Origin: Bigelowiella natans CCMP2755
Lineage: Eukaryota > Protista > Cercozoa
Assembly: GCA_000320545.1 (NCBI GenBank)
Contig: ADNK01003345.1
Location: 18,985 to 82,984, forward strand
Direction: 5' to 3'
Length of the DNA: 64,000 nucleotides
Position numbers and translations under genes: made by a program. Below are positions 1 to 14,687 of this stretch, piece by piece. Within the stretch, counting starts at the first letter, position 1. Every line of letters starts with the position of its first letter. Under the pieces are notes generated by a model, which did no database searches, was not told where the DNA came from, and saw nothing but the letters and a program-made list of their open reading frames with translations.

Positions 1-28
1 CACACACACACACACACACACACACTAG

Positions 29-1284
29 GACACGACGTCTCTGACGACAAATCGTGAGCATAATCGTGTGCCGGTGATTAAGGTTTATCGATGTCCACAA
101 TCCCACACATAATCAAATATATGTAAGTGCATACATTTCAATACAACAGAACTTTGCGGTGATACAATATGCACTGGGCATGAAATTTTACGTGGCTGCT
201 AATTAGCGAATAAAAAACTGCTGCTGAGATATTCATTATGAGTATTGATAGAGATGGTTACCATACACTATGCAGAACAGCAGCCTACAGTAGCAGCAGT
301 AAGTAGTGTACCACACATCACCAACCAACAACTAAAAACTCAGGTATTTGGTACAACACCAGCAGGACAGAAGGCATGCGTACACGTTCATGGGTAGTAA
401 GAATAATAGTAACAACATACACACACAGTAGATTAACCCGCCCTTTATACATACATTCATGTTATCTGAATTTTGAACTTCGTGGAGATAGATGATACTA
501 GCATTTACTGATTAATGTTCCACTTGCACTCTCCATTTCCAGTTACTTTCCATACTTCTTTGTTCTGATTGACGGGGCTTTGCTGGATGAAGATGAGAAA
601 GAGGTTTCAATTTAAGGAGAAAGTGAAGTAGACGATGACGATGGTGATGATAGAAATATAGATTGTGGATAGAGTCTACCACATATAAACCATGATTATT
701 CAAGCTGGCAGCAGCTTTCATGGTAAAGTATTTATAAGTGATTCCTAAGTATAGCTTGCTGCATATTGTTGTACAAAAAGATTGTGGCTACCATCTGTGC
801 ATCGTTGGAGTCAAATCTGAGTATCCTCTCTGAAAACTTATATGGGTAACAATAAAAGATTTGTAGCTGTAGTCTTACTTATAGACATAATGTAGATTTA
901 TAGCTAGCACACACTGTTTGTAGTATGGGTGGTTTAATTTGACCGTGTTGTTTGAAGACCAAGCTGTGATTGCTGTCCTACGTACTCTTCCCTTTCAGAT
1001 CTGCAAATGCTCGGAAGAATCATCATTGTCGTTATAAGCAAAGCCGCTCTTTTGTTCATTCTGCAGTCGTGGTGTCAAAGAGCACAATCTATGGGTTATC
1101 ATTAGTAATAATTGAGTGGAGAATACTGGCAGAATCAATGTTTCTTCCACTTGTTGCAGTGGTAGCAGCATTAGTATAAATGAGATCATTCGTTTGATAT
1201 TACTACTACGATAACGACGACTACATAGCCTCACATCAGTTTCAGTTTCTTAAAATATATGAGCACATATGTAAATTACACATA

Positions 1285-1318
<34 letters not shown>

Positions 1319-1441
1319 AAATATATCTACTAATTGCGGATAGAGAGTATTATCAACATGTGTTTTCTACGTCTATTTATGGATTAGTGTTTTCTTCTGC
1401 CCTCCTCCTCCTCCTCCTCCTCCTCCTCCTCCTTTCTTTCC

Positions 1442-1490
<49 letters not shown>

Positions 1491-1734
1491 ACATAGTATA
1501 CATACAAATGATGTACTACTACTACTCCCCTGCTGCTTCCTATCAGTTATTATCCGGAGCCTCAGAAATTCCTAAGAATAGAATTTGTTGACCCAAACAG
1601 CGTGCAGAGAGCTGCCGTGCTTTTTCAAGTCCTCTCCCCTCCCTGTTTGTCATAGATTAAAAATGAGTAGAAGCAGCAGGAGGTGGAGTATATGCTCTTG
1701 CCAATTATCATTCTTGGTTCCCATTTTCGTCGTT

Positions 1735-1770
<36 letters not shown>

Positions 1771-1880
1771 GCTATGTTGTTTCTGATGATTATTGTTCTT
1801 ACAGAAAGGGTGCATTCTCAACAGAAAGTTTCTCGTGTACCAAGCGCACATTCCGTATATCCTATCGTAATACTGCTGCT

Positions 1881-1913
<33 letters not shown>

Positions 1914-1915
1914 CC

Positions 1916-1947
<32 letters not shown>

Positions 1948-3300
1948 AACAGTCACAATGAAATGAAATAAAGAAGACAATAATAATATATTTGTACATA
2001 GATTACTAGTGATATACCCATCATGCTTTTTCTAGATGGATGACACTCTTAGACATACTTCGTGAAAACCATCAGTAGTAGTCTCCTCCTCAACAGCGTT
2101 TGTTAAGGTGGTAGTAGGTATCACATTATGTTGTTGTGGCTGTTGTTGTGGCTGTTGCTGTTGCTGTTGCTGCTTTAATTAGATTTTTAGCCGATCATAA
2201 TCTGGTCGGAATGGGTTACTTAGAAGCCGCAGTGTGGACATTTCGCCAGCCTCTCCCAGAGGCACCTCCCTTCCCCTTCTCTCGTTATCATCAACAACAA
2301 TATGGTTGCAGTAGTGACACTAAGCACGGGATAGAGAAGACATCATATAGAGAGGAAGTGAGGAGAGAAAGGGGACTAACTAGCATTCAACGAATGTGAC
2401 AATATTTCTTGCATTGCTATCATGTGTTTTAGGGTAATATCAATAATAATGTTGAAATATGCGTTGTATTGATGGATAGCTCATCATATCTCCTTATAAT
2501 AGGTAGTAAATCGAGCAGCAGCCCGTCTGTTGTTGTTGCTGCTGCTAATGTGTCGTTGTCGTTGTCTTCGATGTCAACTTCATCTTCTTTGGGCGAAGAA
2601 GAAAACGAAGACGAAGAAGAAGAGCAAGTTCCGTGGACGTCACGTAATACCCCGATTGCGTTTATTGACTCTCGCACAAAAGTGAAGGAAACACGGTGTG
2701 TCGTAAGTAGACAAGCTTTGTAGCATGTCCATCATACTTTTTTAGTTTATATTTTCTTCTTCTTAATTGATTATTATCATAGCAGTTCAGGTAGGTAGGT
2801 AGGTAGGTAGAGGTAGAGGTAGGTAGATGGTCGCTGCTGTTGCTGCAATTATAACCTCCATATTTTCCACTCACAGATGTGCTTTAGAGGCAGACGTAAA
2901 GGCCACAAACATTGTACTATTAGTAAGAAAAGAAGAAGAAGAAGAAGAAGAAGAAGAAGCGATGGTTAGCAATGATTAGCGATACGGACGATCATCGAAT
3001 ATTGAGCCCATTTTGCTCCCCTTCCTCTTCCTCGATGAACTTCCATCTTGTCCTACTTTCCTTATTCAATGTGTTAATTTCTAAAGCAGTATCGACTTAT
3101 TATCTTCTATTCAATGCTTCTTCTTCTTCCTTCTTTACTTTGACAGTTAAACCAGGCGAACATTCCAGCCGAGAAGCTCAGCCAATCTGATTTAGAGACA
3201 AAATTTGTAGGAAGTTTGGCCGTCATATGGGAAGGTATGCTGGTAAATATTGTATAATTGAGAATAGTTAATGAAGCAGCACCCATATGTGATTTATGAT

Positions 3301-3351
<51 letters not shown>

Positions 3352-3524
3352 CACTGCATAAACATTTTTCCTCCTCTCCCTTCTCCCCCCCCCCCTCTTC
3401 TTAACCCCTCTTTCTACAACATCTTCTGCACCATGGAAGAACATCGCCGAAATCGTCTGATGGCAGGCATTGCACCCCCCAACTCACAGTCTTCTTCTTC
3501 AAGCAAGAAAGAGAAAGAAGGGGG

Positions 3525-3560
<36 letters not shown>

Positions 3561-4043
3561 GAAGAACCACCGTATTATCAATAACAGCGATAAGCACATC
3601 AGTAGCAGTAGTAGTAGTCGTAACAGTTTCAAATGTAGTTATGCCAGCAGTAGCAGTAAGATGCTACCACCGTTCCAGGAGGAGGAGGAGGAGGAAGAGA
3701 AAACCAGTGAAAATAAAAATAAAAGCTACTATGTAAAGGATGATAATAGAAGTGATGAGAGAAATGAGGATAATGTTTATGATGAAAATGAAAAAACCAG
3801 GAGCAGCACCTGGAATAACGATGATGATGATGATAAAAAGGAGGGTGGCCTTCAGCTTCCTCCTCCCCCTCCTACTCCACCTCATCGTCCTATCCAAAAC
3901 CAAGCGCATGGTCCTGCTTCTTCTTCTTCTTCTAACCCACGACGAACATCGTCCTCCTTCATACTACCGAGAGCAGAGTTTCGATCTTCCAATGAGCATC
4001 TTCAGAGACTCAAAGATCTTCTCATGCTATGGGCAAAGTCTGC

Positions 4044-4078
<35 letters not shown>

Positions 4079-6302
4079 ATAGTAGGCCTGTTGCTGCAGG
4101 AGGAGGAGGAGGAGGAGGAGGAGGAGGAGGAGGCGGTGTGTCAGTAGTAGTAGGGAATAATACTAGTACCGACACTGAGAAAGACGACAAAGACTTGGAG
4201 GAGAAGGAAGAAGAAGAAGATGCCATGAAGGCGATTGAAAACACCCTTCGTGAACTCGTAGAAGTCAGTAGTACACGCAACCAAAAATATGGTGGTAATC
4301 TTGTGGTTAATGAAAATGATGATGATGATGGCGATCATAGTCACGTGGTAGAAAATGAAGAAGAAGAAGGAGAAAACGATGCAAACATAATAGCAGCAGC
4401 AGCTACGAAAAGAAAAAGGGATTTAGATGGAAAAAAACGGGAGGAGATAGAGGAAGAAGGTGACTCTGGTGCTACTCGAGGCAAAGACGGCGACCAGCAT
4501 TATGATGATGATAAAGATTGGAGAAGGATGAATTGGAAGAAGGAGGAAATAGAAGAGGAGTGGGACGATATTCTACAGGTATGTATGTATGTATGTGTGT
4601 GTGTGTGTGTGTATTGTACCCTTTTCTTCTTATTGGCACCTTTCCTTTACAACTACTGCTGCTGTTGCTGCTGCCGCTTCTGGCATAACGTGCACGATGA
4701 TCGTTTTTTTTTGCTTTTGTTCATATTGATCTAGTATCTGTTTCTGGTTATCCTTTTATATCATCATCATCATCATCATCATTATCGTCATCATAATCCT
4801 TTTCTTCTTCTACTTCTTCTTTTCTTCCTTGTCTTCTTCTGAATCCGATTAGGCCTCGCAGGAAGTACGACAAGGAGAGGAGGAGAACAAACCCAATGAA
4901 AATGAGAAAGAAGAAGAGAAGGAGGAGGAGGAGGTGTTTGAGGCTGCTGCTGCTGCTAATGATGACGACATTAGCAAAGATGATGAAGATGATGATGATG
5001 AAAACGATGATAGCTGTGGTCGGAAAGTTGGTGTTGAGATTTGGAGACCATCAGAGAAGGTAGTGGTAGTACCAGAAGTACACACCAGGAATATCACGAC
5101 AATGACGACGACGATGGGCAGTGAAAAGAAGAGAAAAGAGGAGGAGAGGAAACAAAAACGGAAGAACAGTACCGAACAGACAGTTGCATCAACTCTACAC
5201 ATATATGATGGTGATAATTATGATGATCGTCATTATCACATCAAGGAGGAGGGGGAGGAGCATGAGAAAAAAGAAGAGGAAGAAAGGGTGGTTAAACATC
5301 ATCATCATCATCATCAAACTGATCTTGGTGAGTATGATAGTATCAACAATAAAGAAGAAGAAGAACAAGAACAAGGAGAAGGGCGGCGACATCAGCCTTC
5401 TTCTGAGGGTGGTGGTGTAGTGAAGGATAGAAGACGTATGATGTCGTCAAGTGGTTGTATCAAAACCATTGCCAGCACTACCACCACCACCACCAGCAGC
5501 AGCAGTAGCAACAACAGCAGCAACAGCAGCAGGATCCCTTTGAATCACATCAGCAGTAGGAATAGTAGTAGTAGTAGTAGTAATAGCAGTGTGCATTTTG
5601 CTTTGGACCCACGTCCCCTTACGACAAGGACAGCAGCAGCAACAACAACAACAATAACAACAACAACAACAACTGCAACATCATCAAAAGGAATATCATC
5701 ATCATCATCCTCTTCGTCGTCTTCACGACCCTTATTCTCCCCCCCTTTGACAAAGTCAAAGGTGCTAGTGCATACTAGCAACCCCCTCAAGCTTCATCAT
5801 CATTATCATCATCCAAAGACTAAGAAGCGACGACGACTACGACTTGAAAATAGTAGTATCGATAATGTCAGCTTACACAGTAACATCCGTGGTAGTAGAA
5901 GTAGTAGTAGCAGTGGGAGGAGGAGGAGCTTTCCAACCACCACCACCACCACCACCACTACTAGCACCAACTGCAGCAGCACCTTTCCTTCCGCCTCTTC
6001 CTTCTCCTTCATCGCACCTAAGCGTCGTCGTTCCCCACCTCCATCTTGTGCTCCTCCTCCTCCTCACATGGACGAATTCACTACTAATAAAGAAGTGTTT
6101 TTGGACAACACAGCGGAAATGAATAAGAAGAAAGACGAAGAGAAGGTAAGGGAGGAGAAAGAGCGACGACGACGATCTTTGCTTCCATCTTCAATTGTTC
6201 TTGAAAAAGAAGCAGTCACATCAGTGTCATCATCATCATCAGCAGCAACGTCGTCCAGAAACTCCCCCCCCCTTCCACCATCGGCTCATATCACAAGAAA
6301 GT

Positions 6303-6339
<37 letters not shown>

Positions 6340-6980
6340 GCCTGTTGCTGCTGCTGCTTCTCAAAAGAGAAGGAGATTGGTTGAGAAGATGCAGCACGAG
6401 GAATTGAAGAGGCAATCATCAAAAACTCAGCGTGTAAGTATGATTGTAGTAGTAGTAGTAGTAGTAGTAGTAGTACATGTCGTCCTCTGCCCGACGACCG
6501 ATCCGCTAAATAGTGTGAATGTACATTGTTATTACATGTACATAATAATGATGTTGTCTAATCTAAGTATCCTCATCGTCCCAAAATGAAGATGAATTAT
6601 GTTTGTTGACTTATTGAACGATGTGATAAAAAGTGTGTATTACTACTATTTATGTTTGTAAATCCACAGCAGCAGAAGCCACCACTCTCTCACCACAATC
6701 TATCGGAAGAAGAAGAAGAAGAGATAAAGAACAAAAATGAATTACGGGCTGATGTGGGAGTAATAGGTCACGGCAAGAAGACTGAGGAGGACAAAATTAG
6801 GATGATGGATGATTGCACAAAGAAGAATATGGGGGAGGAGAAGAAAGAGAAAAGCGGGAGATATACAACCTGCGTGGAGACGAAGATGAAGAACACCATC
6901 ATCTCTGGCTCTTCTCTCATTGCTGCTGCTGCTGCTGTTGTTGCTGCAAAATCTAGGAAGGGAATGGGGACATTGGTTTG

Positions 6981-7013
<33 letters not shown>

Positions 7014-8431
7014 CCCAATTGTAGCAGCAGTAGAGAAAGATGATGGAGAAGAACCAGAAGAAAAAGACGAGGAAGTACCTATGCAAACCTTATCATCATC
7101 ATCATCATCATCATCATCATTACTACGAGCTGGGGCAACTGCTATTACTCATAATACCGATGATAATGATGGATCTGGCAACAACAATAGTATGATTGAA
7201 AATAACAACAACAACAACAACAGCAACGACAACTTGCTGCTTCTCTCCCAAGAGTCCATGCAGACATGGATAGCAACGCCTTCGCCACCCAGCAGTGCTC
7301 ATAAGCACACTAGTGGACACTGTACTGACCAAGGAGGAGGAGGAGGAGGAGGAGGAGGAGGAGGAGTAGGAGACCAGAATGACAACAAGATGATGAAAAA
7401 CAATCACCAGGAGAATGGAGGGCCTAGAGCTGCCGCTGTCGTCTTTGGTGGTACTACTGTTGGCAACCAACTACAATTTACACTCACTACTGAACAATCG
7501 TCAACAGGCAGTAGCGATACTCCTCCTCCTCCTAATGCTGCAATTACAGTAAATGCCACAAGCATCGTAGATGATGATGATAGGGGCATAGGCGATGATG
7601 ATGATCATGATGATGATGATATAAATGATATATATACTACAGAGTATCAAAACTCTATGTTCCCTTCACCCTCTCTTCATCCATCGACGCTATCATCATC
7701 GTCGTCTTTTCCGTTGTCAAATCCTCGTGTGGTACCTAATCCAGAGGAATTTGAGTCACCAGATCATCATCATCATCATCATCATCATCATCGTAATGGT
7801 CATGATGATAATAACAATAATACTAATAGTAATAATAATGCTCAAGGGGAAGGAGAAGGAGCGACAAGAAGAAGAAGTGGTATGAGACGAATGGATGACA
7901 TTAATCACCATCATCATCATCATCAACTTGGTAAGAAAGATGATAAATATAAACAAGAGCCAGAAAAAGGAACATTTGAGGAAGAGGAGGAGGAGGAAGA
8001 GGACCACAAAGACCAGCAGCTCGATATTGAAGGAAGAGGAGAGACTGATAATGACGATGAAAATGAAGATGAGGAGGATGATAATACCTCTTCGTCTAAC
8101 AGCTCTCTCTCCTCCCTTTCTCTTTCGCTAACGCCACCTACCCCCCTCCCCCCCATGATGATGATGATGACGACGACGCGTAACAACAACAACAATACTA
8201 CTACCACTACCACTACTATTGCTACTACTACTACTGCTGCTGTTACCGATGGTCTATCCGGAGAGTCATCGTCGCATGGGGAGGAGGAGGAGTCCAAAAT
8301 AGGAGAAGACCGAGGAGGAGGAAGAGGAGGTGAAGGAGGAGAAAATCCTAATAAATTGGCAAAGATGGTGGTTGATGACAACCACATCATCAACCAATAC
8401 AGGGCACCACTATCATCATCATCATCAACAA

Positions 8432-8466
<35 letters not shown>

Positions 8467-8982
8467 CATCCATATCCTGGCAGCAGCAGTAGCAGCAGAA
8501 GAAACTATACTACTGCTAGAAAGCCGCCATTCTTTGTTTACAAATTTGCGCGTAAGCCACCTACATTCGCGGGAAAATTCGATGATCTGGATATAAATGA
8601 GAGGCAAAAGGGCAGCCAAATTTGTGGTGGAGTTATGTATCAAGAGCCTTTCTTCTCAGACCCAAAACATCGCAATTTTAAGCCATATATCATCACCTCA
8701 TTTGCAAGAGCTCGGTTCAGGATAGGAGGGTGAGAGAATCATCAAGACAACGACAAATTCATATAATAAATATGAAATCATCTTAATATACAAAACATGT
8801 TTACAACTAATGTACAACAACTATCATGAAGTACAAACGATTCGGTGTCAGTTAGCGAATAATAATAAAGACTACATTTAGAAAGAGACGGCTCATTTGT
8901 TGTAAATGAAGAGGAATGATCATTCGTATTTTATATCTGTTTATGTGACCATTGTCAACATATATATACCAGCAGAGCACGA

Positions 8983-9014
<32 letters not shown>

Positions 9015-9745
9015 ACAAATGGATGATGATGATTATGAGACATTGATAGTAGTAGTAGTAGAAGAGGTCTCATGTTTGGACGACGTTTATATAATTGACA
9101 CACACACACACACACACACACATTCTATCCATCCATCCATCCATCCATCACACGACTACTACTACTTACTACCGTAGCAATCCATCATCATTATGCGTCG
9201 AATCAATGTTACTTTGGGCTGCTGACACTACTAAATTAACAATTATGCCACTTTGTAAGTATTAATTCTTCTTCTTCTTCCTTTTGTTGTTGTTGATGCT
9301 GTTGTTATCATTTACCTACTAAATACTACTATTATTCCTACTATTACTACCTACTACTATCAGTGGTTTGAACGATGCTGAGTCGTTACATTACTATCCA
9401 TCACCATGGAAAATAAAGCATCGATCCCATTTTCGTCAACAGCAGCAGCAACAACAGCGCTACTATCATCATCATCAGCAGCAAGAGGAGGAAGAGGTCA
9501 TCAAGGAGAATAAGAGCTCTTGTGAAAACAACATTGTGGATCCTCCTTTTCTTCCACCACAAGTATTACAGCAACGTCCTCCTCCTCACCATCCTATCAC
9601 TCAAAAATTAGCCGTTTTTATCCCACCTACCCCCTTTGCCGTTTCATCATCACGCCTCAAGACACGATTCTTTGGTGGAAAGTTGGAAGCTAAAGGAGGA
9701 GGAGGGCGACAACTACTACAACCACCACCCTGCACCACCACCACC

Positions 9746-9776
<31 letters not shown>

Positions 9777-11522
9777 TAATTGCACCATCCTCCTCCTCCT
9801 CCTCCTCCTCCTCCTCCTCTCATCATCATCATCCACTCTTCTTATCGCCACGCATGCAGAAACGTGCCCTTAATACAGTTTTCACATATATTCCTCGAAG
9901 ACTTCCCCCATCCTCTTCTTCAGTGCGACTACTGCAATCATGGCAAGATGAGGAGGATGATGAAATGGAAAAAGAGAGACATTCTCGACGATACAAAAAG
10001 GAGGACGGGGAGGGGGGTGTAGTAGTAGGTATAACAACATCCACTCTTACTGCAACTCCTAAGAATAATCCTCACGTGGGTAGTAAGAGGAGGAGAACAA
10101 GCAGCAGCAGCAGCAGCAACAACAGCCGTCCCCTCTCACCGAAATATGATGAAAGATTCGAAGTCCAACGACCGCCTTCACCGAAGTCAGTCCTCACTTA
10201 TTATACAATCAGTTTTTCCTAGAAGAAAGAAGAAGATGTGAATGAGAAATAAATGATCATGATCAAGTGTAGTATTGGGGGGGAGGGAGGAGGAAGGAGG
10301 GCAGTAATTGAGCGATGACTACAAAGATCAGCTCCACAATTATTCGCTCTTTTATGTATAGATATTCAATGATTGTAAGACCGGTGTGTAAATTAATTAC
10401 TAACCAACTCTCTTTTTGGGTGTGTGAGTGTGTGTTTTCTGATGGTTCCTCGTAGATATGATGAGCGATCTTTTTTCACACCAAGAACGCAACTTCCACA
10501 GCGGCGGAGGAGGAGGAGGAGGAGGAGGAGGGTGTCATCATCATCAAAACTGTTAACATCTGCAACTAGATCATCACTATTACTATCATCATCTTCATCA
10601 TCACCTCCCTTGGTGTCAGTAGCGACGGCGGTATCGATGACTCCTCCTCCTCCTCCTCCTTCTTCTCTTCCTCCTCCTCCTCCAGTGCTACTAACAACAA
10701 CAACACCAACACCCACTACTACTACTACTACTAGTAGCCCCCATCAGCAGCAGCATGATTATAATCGTGCTGTTGATCATCCTGCAATGAGAGGAAAAGG
10801 AGGAGCTAATTGGAGATTATTACCATCACCATCACCATCACCATCATCATCATCATCCTTATCCCAAAAAGGACTTCAGTATCAGCGATTAGTGCCTCCG
10901 CCCTCTCTTTCTATCTCGTCATCAGCATCTTTAGTTGGTAATAGTAATAATGATGATGATATTGATGATGGTGGAAACAAGAAAAAAGCTACGATCTTTC
11001 GTCATAGTAAAGGGGAGAAAGAATCATCGGTATTGCATCAAGCACTGCCACCTCATCGAGAAAAAGGAGGAGGAGGAGGAGGAGAAGCGCCATCGTATTA
11101 TCTTTCAGGATCATCATCATTATTGTCTCAATCATCGTCATCATCATCATCACATGCTGCTGCTGCTGCTGGTATGATTATGACGCCATCCCCACAAAGT
11201 AGTTTGCATGGACATCTACTATCTCCTTCGTCCCGTCTCCTCTACACATCGAAGAAATCATCATCATCTGCAGCTGCTGCTGCACATTCTTCAGGGGTAT
11301 GCAACATTACGCAGCAAGGTACTCCATTCTCGGGGAAAGGGGGGTTGTCATCGGAGACCACTACTAAAAACGGGTTAGGCGGTGGTAACAAGAAGAATTC
11401 TGCCAACAAGTTTGGCGGTGGTTGTGGTGGGAATAATAAAAGCAATAGTCTTACGATGTTGGGGCTCGAAGTTGTACCGGATAGTACCAATAATAAAACG
11501 TGTTCTTTTAAGGCAACAGCAT

Positions 11523-11556
<34 letters not shown>

Positions 11557-12788
11557 AAGTAACGATAGTAGTAATAGCTGTGGTAGTTGTACGATGAATA
11601 CTACTCGAAAGCGGGATGAGGGGGAGGAAGGGAAGGAGGAGAACAACGCGACAAGTAAGAGCAGCAGCAGCAACAACAACAACATGAATGGGAGTAGTCA
11701 TAGTAGTAGTAGTAGTAGTAGTAGTAGTAGGTACGAAGACCGCATGCCTGATCCCTCCAAAGATCGGATTCTGATGGTGGTTTACCGCTTAAGACACGAA
11801 ATCAATGCCCCAGGAGGCCCTGCAGATGCCTCTAATGACCAAATGGGAGTTATTATAAATATCAGCAGTAGTACGACGAGAAGTATGATGAGGACTGCGA
11901 CGACAAAAGGAAAGGAGGAGGAAGAAGAGGACAAGAAGAAGATCAAATTGAGGAGGGCTCATGTGATTCGAGAACGTCGGCGTCTAGGTCTTCGATCTGA
12001 CGTGAAGCTTAGTTTGGTTGTTGGTGAGAATGCTGTCTTACATGAAGTTGTCAAAGTGGTGTGGCAACATGATCCAGATATACTTTTAGGCTACGAAGTT
12101 ACCTCGAAGTCCTGGGGTTATCTTCTAATGAGAGCAGAACTCCTTGGATATCCGCTGCTTCGAAATATATCTAGAAACCTCAACGATAAGAACATGGGCA
12201 ACCAAGCCAGCCTGTCAAGTAAAAGGAGCAGAGCAGCAGCATCATCGTCTTCTTCCTTCTTGTCAAGAAATAGTAATAGCGTCGCCAATAAGCAGCACAT
12301 TAGTAGTAGTAGCAGCAAGTATGGCAGCAACGACAACAACAACAACAACTTTTCCATCCCTACCACCACCACCCCAGCTGCTGCTGGTGGTAGTTCTTCT
12401 TCTGCTTCTTCTTCCATGCCCTCCTCTTCTTCATCCTCTGGTGGTGGTGGTAGTGGTGATGCTGCTGCCAACTCGTGGAGAATGAAACGTGATGCTGGAT
12501 TTAAAGTCGCAGGTCGTATCGTCTTAAATACGTGGCAAGTGCTACGACAGGAGCTCAAACTCAGACACTACGGCTTTGAGTCCGTATGCTTGCATGTGTT
12601 GGGCAGAAAGACACCATACATTAGCCCTGCGACACTAGCACGTTGGTTTTCTCACCATCATCATCATCATCACAAGTCCTCGTCATCGTTGTCATCGAGC
12701 TACCGTAGTAATCTTACGACAACAAAGGAGGAGGAGGAGGAGGAGGAAGAGAAGGGTGGGGATAATAATGGCCTCCTAACAAGATTCC

Positions 12789-12820
<32 letters not shown>

Positions 12821-13470
12821 GGTGGTGCTATGTCGCACTACTACTTACTGCGGTGGCGAGTGGTTAAGTACATGTTCGGAAGGTTAGACGGGTTATTTTC
12901 CATCCTTGACCGTATGGACCTTATCTCAAGAACATGCGAGCTTGCAAAGGTATAAACAACAACAACAACAACAAGAGGGAAAAAACAAGTTGTAAAAGAA
13001 AACGCGCAGTTTAAGAGCAGTAGCAGATATTTAGAATAAAATAAAATGATAATTTATATGGACAACGCCTCGGTTTCCCTCCAACCCCCCGATCCCCCCC
13101 CCTCTCTCTCACTCTCTTTATAGATAAAAGTAGTAGTATCTGCTGCTGTTTCTACTACTATTGGTGCTCGGTGCACTACTATATGATTAGTATGTATTCA
13201 GGTCTTTGGAATTCGATTCATCTCTGTTTTGCAGCGTGGTTCACAGTACCGTGTGGAGTCTCTCCTCTTGCGTATTGCCATGACACAGAATCTTCTTCTC
13301 CACTCATGTTAGGAGATAATAATAATAATATATAGAATAGTATGTATGCATGTATGTGTGTATTGTTTGTTGTACCCTGCATATGCTCATCAATTCCTGT
13401 GGTACGTAATTTGTATTTGCTGACCATCACCAGATAATCCTCAACAAATGTGTTCATTGTCGTCGTTATC

Positions 13471-13502
<32 letters not shown>

Positions 13503-13875
13503 ATAGTACGTGTTTCTTCCTCGTTCTGTTTCTTCCTTCTCCTTTGTTTGTGTTTGACAACATCCAACCAATACTACTCCTCCTACCACTACTCTACTGT
13601 TCATAATAATGTCGATAAAGGCACCATAACTGAGAGGCAAAAGCAGCCAGCAATGGAGTGTATTCCATTAGTTTGTGAACCTGAAAGCAAGCTGTACACT
13701 AATCCTGTGATCGTCGTAGACTTTCAGTCTCTCTATCCCTCACTCATCATTGCGTAAGTTGCAAGTTGTTGCTGCTCCTAAGTGCTTGCAATGCTGCATT
13801 TGACCGATGAGAAGAGAGACTTTTCTATATTTAAGCAACCTCCTTTACAACGTACCTGTGGTTATTGCCGTAACT

Positions 13876-13943
<68 letters not shown>

Positions 13944-13957
13944 TGTTTAAAATTGTT

Positions 13958-13997
<40 letters not shown>

Positions 13998-14654
13998 ATT
14001 GTGCTCTTCTCCCTTGTTCTGCCCTTCTTATCCCTCTGCTCCTCCTCCTCCTCCCGTCGTTCCCCAGTCAGCAAAACTCAAAAGAAAAACAGTTATTTCA
14101 TTGTTGTTGTTATTAATTGTGTTGTTATTGCTCTTCTAACAGGTACAATATGTGCTTCTCGACTTGTCTGGGCCGTCTTCCTGCTCCCCCCCCCCCCGGT
14201 ACTTCCCAGAGCGAGCTTATCAGCAAGTTTCTGAACAGTAGCCGCAAGTTTGGAGTGACTACAATGCCGATGCGACCATTTCTGATGTCACGACTGATAA
14301 ATGAGGACAGAATATGGGTATCACCCAATGGTATAGCGTTCGTAACAGCAGAGGAAAGAGCTGGTGTATTGCCAAGAATGTTGGATGAAATTCTAACAAC
14401 AAGAGTAATGGTCAAGGAGGATTTACAGAATGTAAAGAAGGGTAAAATGTCGGGAGGGAAGAGCTATGAAAACACGCTTAATGCCCGTCAACTAGCGTTG
14501 AAGCTAGTTGCTAACGTCACCTATGGCTATACCTCTGCTGGTTTTTCGGGTACGTAATATGTTTATTGACTACGTTTCTGTAGTAGAAGAAGTAGTAGTA
14601 GTAGTAGTAGCAGTAGTAGTAGTACGTAATATGTTTATTGACTACGTTTCTGTA

Positions 14655-14687
<33 letters not shown>

